64,000 nucleotides of DNA from an uncultured Treponemataceae bacterium. Lineage in GTDB: Bacteria; Spirochaetota; Spirochaetia; Treponematales; UBA12059. Shown here piece by piece: positions 1 to 9,383 of the stretch. Below the pieces are notes generated by a model. That model did no database searches. It saw only the letters and a program-made list of their open reading frames with translations, and was not told the origin of the DNA. Each line of letters starts with the position of its first letter. Positions within the stretch are counted from its first letter, which is position 1. A program made the translations under genes and the position numbers. The stretch is from the NCBI GenBank assembly GCA_964576835.1, contig CAZNXK010000002.1:13789-77788 (forward strand), written 5' to 3'.

Positions 1-2
1 CC

Positions 3-575
3 GCGATCGCGGCGTCGAACCCCCGCACCGTTATCGTCGAGGGAAGAGCAGCCCTGGCCCTCTTCGGCTCCAGGCTCCTGCCCGCGAGCCTCGTCGACGA
101 TCAGGCCTCGCCAGCATGGCTGGCGTGCCTGGCCCTCGCCGCCCTGGCGCTCGCCATGGCGGCTGCGATCGTCGAGGATGCCGCGAGGCGACGCTCGGTC
201 GACCGCTCGAGAACAGGGCGACGCGCGAACGGGAGACTGGTCGCGGGAGTATCAAGTCAGGTCATCATGGCCGTCGTAGACAGGGACAGGATCTTCGTTC
301 CGAGCGCGGCGGCATCGACCGCGTTCGGCATCATAGCCGTCGCGGAGGGAGCACCGCCGGCCATTCCGCTCGTCGCGGCCATGGCGATCCTGGCCGTGCG
401 AGCCGGCTCGGCCATGGGATTCATGGCCGTGGAGAACTCCGCGGCGAGGCGCTTCGCCCTGATTCCGGCCGCGCCGGGCGCAGCCGATCGCTCGTATATG
501 CGAGCGGCGCTCGCCATGGCCGCCGCTATCGCCACGCCGCTCCTGCTATCCGCGGCGTTCCTGGTGCTCGCATGA
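3..575 (+). CDS. C-terminal part of a hydrophobic (probably membrane) protein; 5' end lies outside the window
   Basis: Frame 3 is open from nt 3 to the TGA at 573-575. Ala/Leu-rich hydrophobic stretches are present (AWLACLALAALALAMAAAIV, AIATPLLLSAAFLVLA). No family recognised. Confidence 0.4.
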   Translation, partial: AIAASNPRTVIVEGRAALALFGSRLLPASLVDDQASPAWLACLALAALALAMAAAIVEDAARRRSVDRSRTGRRANGRLVAGVSSQVIMAVVDRDRIFVPSAAASTAFGIIAVAEGAPPAIPLVAAMAILAVRAGSAMGFMAVENSAARRFALIPAAPGAADRSYMRAALAMAAAIATPLLLSAAFLVLA

Positions 576-591
576 AACCGGCAACAATCCC

Positions 592-1227
592 TTACCGGTA
601 GCTGTAAACGCCATTTTCATTAACATGCATCTTTACGTGCCAATCGAAGGCGATATCCAGTATCGTACGATCGGGGCGTCCCTCCAGGATACGCTTCGCG
701 AGCTCGACTCGATGCCGGCTGATGTACTGCCGAAAGTTAGTCCCCAGATGGCTGATGAGGGCTCAACCCCAGCTCTCGCTCGGTTGAGGCAGGGACAGCA
801 TGCTATCCGTGAATAGCTTCCTCTCCGCCCTGAGGTAGTCCAGCCGCTCGACGACCTTGGCCGTATCCAGTCCGGCTAGCTTGGTGGAGCGCAGATATTT
901 CTCCGCTCCCTTGGCGCCATCCGGCGCCGTGGCGATCTCTCCGGGGGGAAAGAGGGCGGGACTGCTCTTCTGGAAGAAGTACAGGGGATAATACAGGTAG
1001 AGTATCCAAGGCCGATCCATGTACAGTCCCAGGGACTGCGCGAGGTAATCGAGGACCGCGAGGCCGAAGGAGAGGCCTATGGCGGCGGTGACTTCATGAA
1101 CCCACGCCTCGGGTTCCCTATACCATCGTAACATATGGTCCTTCGAGAGCCACGTCCTCAGGGTCTCGATATGCACATCGGCAAACGGTATGAGCCGTAG
1201 CTCGGTCGGGAGGCTCCCTGTCATCAT
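592..1227 (-). pseudogene. AraC/XylS-family HTH regulator remnant interrupted by an in-frame TGA
   Basis: The 154-aa ORF (763..1227) starts in an ATGA overlap with the GH2 stop. Reading through its TGA (763-765) in the same frame gives ALISHLGTNFRQYISRHRVELAKRILEGRPDRTILDIAFDWHVKMHVNENGVYSYR*. This matches the AraC second HTH pattern (S.L.r.F+...s...Y+...R+..A..LL......I.dIA...) but is about 9 aa short before the terminal YR. Confidence 0.4.
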
Positions 1228-3122
1228 CCTCTCCGGGTTGTAGCCTGCGAGCCGCCCGAGAGCGCGGCGAAAGCGGCGTACAAATCGTCGTTCAGGGCGC
1301 GCACGACGTCCGCGTCGAATTTGAGGATCTTCCGGTCATAGGTATAGAAGCCGTTGCTCTCTATCTCGACGTCGGACACCTGTGTATAGACGGCGGCGCG
1401 GAGGCCGCGCTCGACCAACGGAATGAGCTGATCGCGGATGAGGCTCGAGTAGCCGGCCAGCAGGGATTCCTCATCGTCGTAGAAGCGGTAGCCGAAGCGG
1501 CTATCGTCGTCCCACATGTGGCCGGGGACCGCCAGGTTGTAGCCGCCGAACTCGGATAAAAAATACGGCCTGCGATCGCGGCGAGGCGGCTTCCTTAGCC
1601 TGACGATGTAGGTATGGCGGCTCCGAAAGTCGCCGCCGCCCTGGTCGAACCATCCTGAGACGGCGTCGACGAGGCGCGTCCCGTCCAGCGCGCGGAGGCT
1701 CCGAACGACCCGCTCCGACTCGAACTGGCCCCACGACTCGTTGAAGACCGTCCACATGAGTATTGACGGATGGCAACGGAGCAGGGCGACCGCGCCGGCG
1801 AGGTCAGCCTCGAATTCCTCCCTATTAACAGCGTCCGATCGTCCCGCGCGCGAGAGGGCCCTGGCGGAGCGATCCTCCGAGCCGAGGCCCAGCACCATGG
1901 CGGCGCCGACCTTCAGGTTACCCGCCGCGCGGTTGACGCCGCCTGAGACGGCGTCCTGTATCACTAGCATGCCCAGGCGATCGGCGTGCCAGTAGAATCG
2001 CCTGGACTCCACCTTGATGTGCTTTCGGAGGCCGTTGAAGCCGAGCGCCTTCATAGCCTCGATGTCGAAGAGCAGGGCCTCGTCGGACGGCGCCGTCAGT
2101 CCGCTCTCGGGCCAGTAACCCTGGTCGAGCGGGGCGTTGAGGAAGATAGGCTTCCCGTTGAGCCTGATGGTCGGCAGGGCGCCGGGTTGGGCCCCGGGGA
2201 TGGGGCCGAGGTCCACGATCCTCAAGGCGAAGTACGAGCTGACGGCGTCGACGGGGTCGTCCACTCCGCCGGCCTCGCCTGCACCGGAGCCCGCTATCTC
2301 CGCGCGGAAGGAGTACAGGTAGGGGTCCTCCGGCGACCACGGCCGACCCTGACCGACGGGTACGGCTATGGGCTCGCCTGAGCGACCGAGGAATTCAGCC
2401 TCCGCGCCGCCGGGCAGCGCGACGACGAGGCGGACCGTGGCCGGCTTCTCGCACACGACGACGATCGAGGCCCCGCTTAGGCCGGGCTTGGCGTCCGCCC
2501 TGAGCCCGACGATGGCGTTATCCGGGGGCAGGGGCTCGAGCCAGACCGACTGCCAGATACCGCTCGTGGCCGTATAGAGTATGCCTGCCGGGCGCAGCGC
2601 CTGCTTACCCCGTTGCTGGAGGCCCGAGTCGCTCGGGTCGCGCACCGCGACGACTATCTCGCGCCCGGGCGATCCGCTAGCAGCCGGGGGTAGCAGGAAG
2701 CCGAAGGGCAGGTAGCCGCCGCGATGCTCCCCGACGAGGCGGCCGTCGACGAATACGGCGGCCTCGTAATCGACGGCCTCGAAGCGAAGTGCGACGCGCC
2801 TACCCGCCCAGGCCGCCGGTACGATGACCGATCGCCTGTACCACAGCGTCTCTTCAGGCGACAGCGCCTTGCCGACGCCCGACAGGGCCGTCTCCAACGC
2901 GAAGGGCACGACTATGCGGCCGTCCCACGCGGCGGGAAACGGCTCGGCGGAGAGCGCTTTGGCGTTCGACGGTCGCGTCGCGTACTCCCAATGCCCATTG
3001 AGCGATAGCCATTCGGGCCTCGCGAGCTCGGGTCTGGGGTATTCGGGCAAGAGCGACGCGGCATCGACTCGCTCGCCCCAAGGCGAGGAGATTCTCGAGG
3101 GAGCTAGCCGGTTCGGTTCCAT
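1224..3122 (-). CDS. Glycoside hydrolase family 2 (beta-galactosidase/beta-glucuronidase/mannosidase-like)
   Basis: 632 aa. The N-terminal sugar-binding region has SLNGHWEYA. The TIM-barrel region has NGKPIFLNAPLDQGYWPESG...EAMKALGFNGLRKH and the acid/base motif WTVFNESWG. Confidence 0.85.
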   Translation of the reverse strand: MEPNRLAPSRISSPWGERVDAASLLPEYPRPELARPEWLSLNGHWEYATRPSNAKALSAEPFPAAWDGRIVVPFALETALSGVGKALSPEETLWYRRSVIVPAAWAGRRVALRFEAVDYEAAVFVDGRLVGEHRGGYLPFGFLLPPAASGSPGREIVVAVRDPSDSGLQQRGKQALRPAGILYTATSGIWQSVWLEPLPPDNAIVGLRADAKPGLSGASIVVVCEKPATVRLVVALPGGAEAEFLGRSGEPIAVPVGQGRPWSPEDPYLYSFRAEIAGSGAGEAGGVDDPVDAVSSYFALRIVDLGPIPGAQPGALPTIRLNGKPIFLNAPLDQGYWPESGLTAPSDEALLFDIEAMKALGFNGLRKHIKVESRRFYWHADRLGMLVIQDAVSGGVNRAAGNLKVGAAMVLGLGSEDRSARALSRAGRSDAVNREEFEADLAGAVALLRCHPSILMWTVFNESWGQFESERVVRSLRALDGTRLVDAVSGWFDQGGGDFRSRHTYIVRLRKPPRRDRRPYFLSEFGGYNLAVPGHMWDDDSRFGYRFYDDEESLLAGYSSLIRDQLIPLVERGLRAAVYTQVSDVEIESNGFYTYDRKILKFDADVVRALNDDLYAAFAALSGGSQATTRRG

Positions 3123-3204
3123 GGTTCCTAGTCCTTCCTTGAGGGCCTTTAGTGTTGCCGATATACTAGCACGATCCCTGGCGAGCGAGCGGAGAGCCTA
3201 TCCA

Positions 3205-4140
3205 GTGAAGAACGAGCGCCTTATGGCCATGATCGATTGCCTGCTCCGCGACGGTCGAGTGACCGCGGCCGAGCTATCGCGCCGCTTCGAGGTCTCCGTA
3301 AGAACTATCTACCGCGATATCGATTCGCTCGGCATGGCCGGCGTACCCATAGTCGCCGAATCGGGCTCCGGCGGCGGCTACCTGATCGATCCCGCCTGTC
3401 GCGTCGACAGGAGCTTTTTATCCAAAGACGAGATAGCCGATTTATCGGCCTTCCTACGCGGCATGCCCGAAGCGCTCAAGGACGACAATATCGAGCGCTC
3501 CCTCGGCAAGATAGCGTCCCTCGGGCCCCGCCGACCGTCCGGCGACGCGGAGGGAGCGGCGCTTCCGCCCCCGCTCATCTCGGCTATCTCGCCATGGGGA
3601 GCGCCCGGCCCCAATCCGCTGACGGTCATGGCCCTCCGCCGTGCCATCGCCGACAGGCGCATAGCCGCGTTCGAGTACGTCGACGCCGAGGGCCGCCGGA
3701 GCGAGCGTACGGTGGAGCCGTTCAGCATAGTGATAGGCGGCGCCGTCTGGTACCTGCACGCGTTCTGCAGGCTACGCTCGGAATGGCGCCTCTTCAAGCT
3801 ATCGAGGATGAGCTCGCTCCGTGCATGCACCGAGCGCTACGACCCGGTTGCCCGCCTGCCCGCGCCGCGCCCGTTCGGCGCATGGAACGAGACCCTGATC
3901 GATATAACGATGGCAGCCTCGCCCGTGATAGCGGGCATGGTCGACGAAGCGTTGCCGGGGTCGGCGTACGGCTCCCTCGACGACGGATCGACGCTCTTCT
4001 CGTTCAGGTACCCGGAAGGGGATTTCCTGCTGAGGTTCCTCCTGTCGTTCGGGCCGGGAATACGGATACTGAGGCCCGAGGGCCTCCGTACCTCGCTCCG
4101 GGATGCCTCGTGCGCGATCGCTGACGCGAACTGTCAGTGA
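3205..4140 (+). CDS. YafY-family transcriptional regulator (HTH + WYL domain)
   Basis: N-terminal sequence is VKNERLMAMIDCLLRDGRVTAAELSRRFEVSVRTIYRDIDSLGMAGVPIV (DeoR-like HTH). The central part has EPFSIVIGGAVWYLHAFC (WYL-type). The start is ambiguous: GTG 3205 or ATG 3223. The 5' part of track ORF 2824..4140 overlaps GH2 antisense and is not used. Confidence 0.85.
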   Translation: MKNERLMAMIDCLLRDGRVTAAELSRRFEVSVRTIYRDIDSLGMAGVPIVAESGSGGGYLIDPACRVDRSFLSKDEIADLSAFLRGMPEALKDDNIERSLGKIASLGPRRPSGDAEGAALPPPLISAISPWGAPGPNPLTVMALRRAIADRRIAAFEYVDAEGRRSERTVEPFSIVIGGAVWYLHAFCRLRSEWRLFKLSRMSSLRACTERYDPVARLPAPRPFGAWNETLIDITMAASPVIAGMVDEALPGSAYGSLDDGSTLFSFRYPEGDFLLRFLLSFGPGIRILRPEGLRTSLRDASCAIADANCQ

Positions 4141-4183
4141 TAGGGGCTTATCATGCTCCATCACGACTTAAGGGAGCGCGACT

Positions 4184-4516
4184 ATGGAAAGACTCATCGC
4201 TTATTGCGGACTCGACTGCGCCCAGTGCCCCGGACGGATCGCCACGGTTACCAACGACGACGCGCTGCGGGCCAAGACGGCCGCCGCCTGGAAGGAATCC
4301 TTCGGGTTCCCGCTCGGGCCGGAGGCTATCAACTGCCTCGGCTGCAAGGGCGAGGGGGCCAAGATCGGCCATTGCTCGGAATGCGGCATGCGCCTCTGCG
4401 CGATTGGGCGCGGCGTCCGGGACTGCGGCGCCTGCGCCGAGTATTCGAGCTGCGCCAAGATACAGGAATTCACGGCGCAGGTGCCCGAGGCCAAGGCCAA
4501 CCTGGAATCGGCCTAG
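4184..4516 (+). CDS. DUF3795-like Cys-rich small protein
   Basis: 110 aa, with YCGLDCAQCP, CLGCKG, HCSECGMRLC and CGACAEYSSC cysteine clusters. An AAGGGAG Shine-Dalgarno lies upstream of the ATG. Confidence 0.75.
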   Translation: MERLIAYCGLDCAQCPGRIATVTNDDALRAKTAAAWKESFGFPLGPEAINCLGCKGEGAKIGHCSECGMRLCAIGRGVRDCGACAEYSSCAKIQEFTAQVPEAKANLESA

Positions 4517-4526
4517 GCTCGACGAC

Positions 4527-4552
4527 GAGGCCGGCCCCAAGGGACCGGCCTC
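4527..4552. terminator. GC-rich hairpin between convergent genes (possible bidirectional terminator)
   Basis: GAGGCCGG (4527-4534) pairs with CCGGCCTC (4545-4552). It lies between the DUF3795 stop and the glgP stop. There is no clear U-tract. Confidence 0.35.
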
Positions 4553-4571
4553 GCGCCCGCTCTCGTTACGC

Positions 4572-7109
4572 TTACGCCCACCTCACGAGGCCGGGCACGA
4601 AGGGGTGCACGAGGCCGGAGTGGCGGGGCAGGACACGCACCGCGTAGCCATGCTGGCCGGTCGCCTCGCAGGCAACCTCTACCGAATAGTCCCAAAAACC
4701 TCCCTGGGATTTGCCCGGCTTCATCTCGACGCGGACCGGATGGTTGATTTCTCCGGTACTCCCGACGGGACCATGGTACAGCTCGACGCGGATCTGATCC
4801 GGGCTCAGGGCGCCCGAGCGAACCCTGGCATCGACGCGCACGGTCTCGCCGCGTTCCATGACCGGCCTGGCCGTCGAACGCACATCCTCGACCACCACGT
4901 TCGGCCACTCCCTGCGCGCCAGCTCCAGGTAATCGGCAGTCTCCTTGGCGCCGTTGTAGCCCTTGGTCTTGAGCAGGCGGGCGTTCTCGAGCGCCGGCAG
5001 GTAGTAGCGGTTGGTGTACTCCATCAGCGTCCGGTGGAACGAGAAGTTCTTGCCGACGTCGTGGATCGACGCTTTCATCATCTTGATCCAGTCGCGGGGC
5101 AGACCGTCGCGTCCTCGTTCATAGAACGTCGGGATGATCTCGCGCTCGAGGAGATCGTACAGGGCCTTGGACTCTATCTCGTCCTGCAGCTCGGTATCGG
5201 TGTACTCCTCGCCCTTGCCGATCGCCCAGCCGCACGCCGGCGAATAGCCCTCCGCCCACCATCCGTCGAGCACCGAGCAGTTGAGGACGCCGTTCATGCC
5301 GGCCTTCATGCCGCTGGTGCCAGAGGCCTCGAGGGGTCGGCGTGGCGTGTTGAGCCAGACGTCGGAGCCCGAAGTCATGTAGCGTGCCATCGTCATGTCG
5401 TAATCCTCGAGGAAGACGATGCGGCCAGCCACGTCGTCGCGACGCGAGAAATGGACGAGTTCCTTTATGATCTCCTTGCCGGGCATGTCGTGGGGATGGG
5501 CCTTGCCGGCAAAAATGATCTGCAGCGGCCGGTCCTTGTCGGACAGGAGGCGCATTAGCCTGTCGGGGTCGGACAGGAGAAGGTTGCCGCGCTTGTAGGT
5601 CGCGAAACGGCGCGCGAAGCTGATGGTCAGCGCGGACGGAGACAGCGCGTCGTCCGCACGGGCCAGACCCTTCTCCGAGACGCCCATCCGGCGCATCTCC
5701 TTCTTGAGCCTGTCGCGGGCGAACACGACGAGGCGTTCCCGCCTGCGCTCGTGCGTGCGCCACAGCTCGTCGTCGCTTATTCGGTCAATCAGGTCCCAGG
5801 TCTCCAGGTTGGTCGGCTCTTCGGCGAAGCGCGGCCCGATGTAGCGGTCGAGCACCTCGAGCAGCGTGTACGGAATCCAGGTCCGGGGGTGAACGCCGTT
5901 CGTCACGAAACCTATCGGCACCTCGTCGGTAGTCAGTCCCGGCCAGATGGCCTTCCACATGTCGCGCGACACGTGGCCGTGAAGCTCCGAGACGCCGTTG
6001 GCGTAGGCAGACAGCCTGAGCGCGAGCACCGTCATGCAGAACAGCTCGGCATCGTCGTGCGCGCGTTCCCTGCCAAGTGCCAGGAAAAACTTCCAGTCGA
6101 AGCCGAGCTGGCCCGCCATCTGGCGGAAATACTTCTCCATCAGGTCTATGCCGAAGCGCTCGTTGCCGGCCGGTACCGGCGTATGCGTCGTGAAGATGTT
6201 CGTTGCCCACAGAGCCTGGGCGGCCTGGGCGAACGAAAGCCCCTTCTCGGCCATGACTTCGCGGATGCGCTCCAGCCCGAGGAACGCCGCATGACCCTCG
6301 TTCATGTGGGCGACGACAGGGTTGACTCCCACCGCGCGCAGGGCGCGGATCCCGCCGATGCCAAGGAGTATCTCCTGGCGTATCCTCGTCTCCTTGTCGC
6401 CTCCGTACAGCGTCGCCGTGATGGTCCTGTTGGCCGGCGCGTTCTCGTCGATGTTGGTGTCGAGAAGGTACAGCGACGACCGGCCTACCTTGACTTCCCA
6501 TACCTGGGCGACGATGTGCTCGCCTGCCATTTCCACCGTTATCTTGACGGGGTCACCCGTCTTGGTCTCGCAGCGGCGGACCGGCATGTTGTACCAGTCG
6601 TTCTCGGGGTACTCTTCCTGCTGGTAGCCGTCGGCGTTCAGCTGCTGGATGAAGTAGCCCTGCCTGTACAGCAGCCCGACGCCGACAAGGGGCAAGCCGA
6701 GGTCGGAACTCGTCTTCATGTGGTCGCCGGACAGTATGCCAAGGCCGCCGGAATAGATGGGCAGCGACGAGTCCATGCCGTATTCCATGGAGAAATACGC
6801 CACCGAGTCCTTGTAGTCGCCCTTGTACCACGGCTGGGCCTTCTTGTAGGCCTGAAACTTGCCGTAGACCTCCTTCAGGGCCGCCAGGTACGAATCATCG
6901 GCCGCCGCCGAATCGAAGCGTTCCTGCGGCACCATGCCGAGCATCTTGGCGGGATTCTGCCTGGAGTGGCTCCAGATGTCGTAATCAAGCCTGATGAAAA
7001 GCATGATCGCGTCGAAGTTCCACGATATCCAGAGGTTGTGGGCCATCTCGTCAAGGGGCGCGAGCGACTCGGGAATCTTTGGCTTTACGGTATGGGTAAG
7101 GATTTTCAT
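4572..7109 (-). CDS. glgP: Alpha-glucan (glycogen/maltodextrin) phosphorylase, GT35
   Basis: 845 aa. The N-terminus (MKILTHTVKPKIPESLAPLDEMAHNLWISWN) is typical of the alpha-glucan phosphorylase subfamily. Also present are GGLGILSGDH and the PLP-site region EASGTSGMKAGMNGVLN. Confidence 0.9.
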   Translation of the reverse strand: MKILTHTVKPKIPESLAPLDEMAHNLWISWNFDAIMLFIRLDYDIWSHSRQNPAKMLGMVPQERFDSAAADDSYLAALKEVYGKFQAYKKAQPWYKGDYKDSVAYFSMEYGMDSSLPIYSGGLGILSGDHMKTSSDLGLPLVGVGLLYRQGYFIQQLNADGYQQEEYPENDWYNMPVRRCETKTGDPVKITVEMAGEHIVAQVWEVKVGRSSLYLLDTNIDENAPANRTITATLYGGDKETRIRQEILLGIGGIRALRAVGVNPVVAHMNEGHAAFLGLERIREVMAEKGLSFAQAAQALWATNIFTTHTPVPAGNERFGIDLMEKYFRQMAGQLGFDWKFFLALGRERAHDDAELFCMTVLALRLSAYANGVSELHGHVSRDMWKAIWPGLTTDEVPIGFVTNGVHPRTWIPYTLLEVLDRYIGPRFAEEPTNLETWDLIDRISDDELWRTHERRRERLVVFARDRLKKEMRRMGVSEKGLARADDALSPSALTISFARRFATYKRGNLLLSDPDRLMRLLSDKDRPLQIIFAGKAHPHDMPGKEIIKELVHFSRRDDVAGRIVFLEDYDMTMARYMTSGSDVWLNTPRRPLEASGTSGMKAGMNGVLNCSVLDGWWAEGYSPACGWAIGKGEEYTDTELQDEIESKALYDLLEREIIPTFYERGRDGLPRDWIKMMKASIHDVGKNFSFHRTLMEYTNRYYLPALENARLLKTKGYNGAKETADYLELARREWPNVVVEDVRSTARPVMERGETVRVDARVRSGALSPDQIRVELYHGPVGSTGEINHPVRVEMKPGKSQGGFWDYSVEVACEATGQHGYAVRVLPRHSGLVHPFVPGLVRWA

Positions 7110-7168
7110 GTGGCACCACCGGTCAGGAAGCTGAGGATTGCGCTGTTGCGGGACGGCGCGTTTCAGTG

Positions 7169-7197
7169 AATGATAATCGACCGGGGACTCGGACGCA
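7169..7197 (-). promoter_or_regulatory. Candidate sigma-70-type promoter for glgP
   Basis: On the minus strand: TTGCGT (7197-7192), 17-nt spacer, TATCAT (7174-7169), about 60 nt upstream of the glgP ATG. Confidence 0.3.
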
Positions 7198-7219
7198 ACT
7201 CCGCCCGGTCAATGACCCG

Positions 7220-8026
7220 TCAGGGTATGGAATTGTCGAAATTCGAGGCTTCGATCTCGTTGAAATAACGCGCGGTACCGACTTTGAGTTCGTCGGTGGC
7301 CCGTTCATCGCAGACGACGACTACCCTGGGGTGCAGCTGGAGGCATGAGAAAGTCCACAGGTGGTTGACGCCTTCCTCGATGGCGTGACGGAGGGCGCGG
7401 GCCTTGTTGGCCCCGGACACCAGCATGAGCACCTCGCGGGCGTCCATGATGGTGCCGACGCCGACGGTCAGCGCGGTGGGAGGCACCGCATCGGGGTTGC
7501 CGCCGAAGAAACGGGAATTTACCATGCGCGTGTCGCGGGTCAGCGTCTTGACCCTCGTCCTGGATGCCAGCGACGATCCCGGCTCGTTGAACGCGATGTG
7601 TCCGTCCTCGCCGACACCGCCGACAAAGAGGTCTATTCCTCCGGCAGCCGCAATCGCCGCTTCGTAGCGGACGCATTCGGCGTCCAGGTCGGAGGCGTTG
7701 CCGTTGGGGATATTGGTATTGCCTGAGGGTATGTCTACCCCCGAAAAGAGCCTGTCACGCATGAAGCTGTGGTAGCTCTGCGGGTGGTCCTCGGGCAAGC
7801 CCACGTATTCGTCCATATTGAAGGTGACGACATTGCGGAAGGACAGGACTCCACGAGCATGCAGGGCCGCGAGACGTTCGTACAGACCCAGCGGCGAGGA
7901 GCCGGTGGGCAGTCCAAGGACGAAGTGCCTGCCAGCGAGTATTCGTCGGGCAACAAAATTGGCGGCCCACTCGGAGACCGCGTCGTAATCTTTGCGGATT
8001 ATCAGTCGCACGTTCGTTCCCTTCAT
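7220..8026 (-). CDS. nagB: Glucosamine-6-phosphate deaminase
   Basis: 268 aa, with [23 protein letters not shown] and [16 protein letters not shown], the classical NagB motifs. Confidence 0.9.
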   Translation of the reverse strand: MKGTNVRLIIRKDYDAVSEWAANFVARRILAGRHFVLGLPTGSSPLGLYERLAALHARGVLSFRNVVTFNMDEYVGLPEDHPQSYHSFMRDRLFSGVDIPSGNTNIPNGNASDLDAECVRYEAAIAAAGGIDLFVGGVGEDGHIAFNEPGSSLASRTRVKTLTRDTRMVNSRFFGGNPDAVPPTALTVGVGTIMDAREVLMLVSGANKARALRHAIEEGVNHLWTFSCLQLHPRVVVVCDERATDELKVGTARYFNEIEASNFDNSIP

Positions 8027-8046
8027 GGGCCGGGCCGCGAGGCCCT

Positions 8047-9168
8047 CTAGCCCAACTTATTCAAGACGAAGCTGCCGCCGATCATCGTGGCGAGCACGGA
8101 AAATTCCTTGTCGAAGACGACCAGGTCGGCCTCGTAGCCGGGGACGAGAAGGCCACGCTTGCCGAGCCCAATGATGCGCGCGGGGTTGCTCGCCGCCATC
8201 CCGACGGCTGCCTCGACGGGCACGCCCCATTGAGCAAGGTTGCGCACGCCGCCTATCATCGTCAGGCACGAACCCGCGATGACGCCGTCGCTCTTCCGGT
8301 GGAAAAGCCCGTCGTCGAGCACGACCTCCTCGCGGTTGGCGAACAGCGGGCAACGTTCCTGCTCGGTGGGCTTGAGCGCGTCGGTGACGAGGACGACCTT
8401 GCTCTGCGGCTTGTCCCGCAACAGGAGCCGTATAAGGTCCGGGTGGACATGCCTGCCGTCGGCGATTATCTCGCAGGAGAGTTCCGGGTTGATGAGTATG
8501 GCGCCGACCGCGCCCGGGTCTCGGTGGTGCAGGCGGCTCATCGCGTTGAAGAAGTGCGTCGAATGGAGGATGCCCGCCTGCATGCCCTCCATCATGTTCT
8601 CATAGGTCGCGTCGGTATGGCCTGCCTGGAGCAGTATGTTGCGCGACAGGCAGTACAGTGCGAGCTCCCGCATGCCCTTGAGCTCAGGCGCGACGGTCAT
8701 ATTGGTTATATGGCCCCGGCCCGCCTGCCACAATCGCCCCATCACCTCGGAATCGACAGGGCGGACGAAGTCGGGGTTCTGCACGCCGAGCCGAGCCAGG
8801 GATATGAACGGCCCCTCGAGGTGGACACCCATCACCCGGGCACCGGTCTCCCGGCCCATCGCATCGACGCACGCGCCTATCGCCAGCTCCATGTCCCCCA
8901 GTTCCATCGGGTATATCGTCGGGCAGAATGCCGTGACGCCCCGCGCGCCGAGGTGCTCCGACATCGCCATGATGGCGTCGACCGAGAGGTCCTCGGTACC
9001 GTAGCCCGCGAAGCCGTGGATGTGCGTATCGATGAAGCCTGGCGCAAGATACGCCTCGCCGGCATCGTATATCCCGGCGTCCGGAGGGAAAGCCTTCTGG
9101 GCAAAACGCTTCTCCGAAAAGACATCGACAAGCTTGCCATCCTCGACGAGGACGGCGCAACGCTCCAT
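8047..9168 (-). CDS. nagA: N-acetylglucosamine-6-phosphate deacetylase
   Basis: 373 aa. Shows the amidohydrolase signature [13 protein letters not shown], plus HLEGPFIS and AGHTDATY. It sits 20 nt upstream of nagB on the same strand. Confidence 0.9.
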   Translation of the reverse strand: MERCAVLVEDGKLVDVFSEKRFAQKAFPPDAGIYDAGEAYLAPGFIDTHIHGFAGYGTEDLSVDAIMAMSEHLGARGVTAFCPTIYPMELGDMELAIGACVDAMGRETGARVMGVHLEGPFISLARLGVQNPDFVRPVDSEVMGRLWQAGRGHITNMTVAPELKGMRELALYCLSRNILLQAGHTDATYENMMEGMQAGILHSTHFFNAMSRLHHRDPGAVGAILINPELSCEIIADGRHVHPDLIRLLLRDKPQSKVVLVTDALKPTEQERCPLFANREEVVLDDGLFHRKSDGVIAGSCLTMIGGVRNLAQWGVPVEAAVGMAASNPARIIGLGKRGLLVPGYEADLVVFDKEFSVLATMIGGSFVLNKLG

Positions 9169-9383
9169 CCTGGCGTACCCGGTAAGTAGCGTGGCATTGT
9201 GGATGCAGATGATGGGCGTATCACACCTCCGTCAATGTGCCGAGGATTACGCGTCGGTTCGCGCGGGTCGACAACGCAGTATACCCGAAAGCGCGCCGGA
9301 CGGCTGGCTGTTCGGTGTCGATGGCGGAGGAAGGCGACACGCAAGCCGGGCCCTTTCGTCTAGGCCGCGAACTGTCACGCTGC

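Noticed and set aside
763-765. Alternative genetic code (TGA as sense) to explain the in-frame TGA in the AraC-like ORF
   Set aside because: Well-conserved genes in the window terminate at TGA at their expected C-termini (for example the YafY regulator, the sigma-54 activator and the FapA-upstream membrane protein). TGA is therefore a normal stop here.
2824-3204. N-terminal 127 aa of track ORF 2824..4140
   Set aside because: It lies antisense within the GH2 coding region. The YafY HTH begins right after GTG 3205 or ATG 3223.
5751-7169. 472-aa plus-strand ORF, and several others (6034..6294, 6304..6627), opposite glgP
   Set aside because: These are antisense shadow ORFs typical of GC-rich DNA. 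The composition is Arg/Gly/Val-rich with no motifs, while the minus strand encodes a full-length, motif-rich glycogen phosphorylase.
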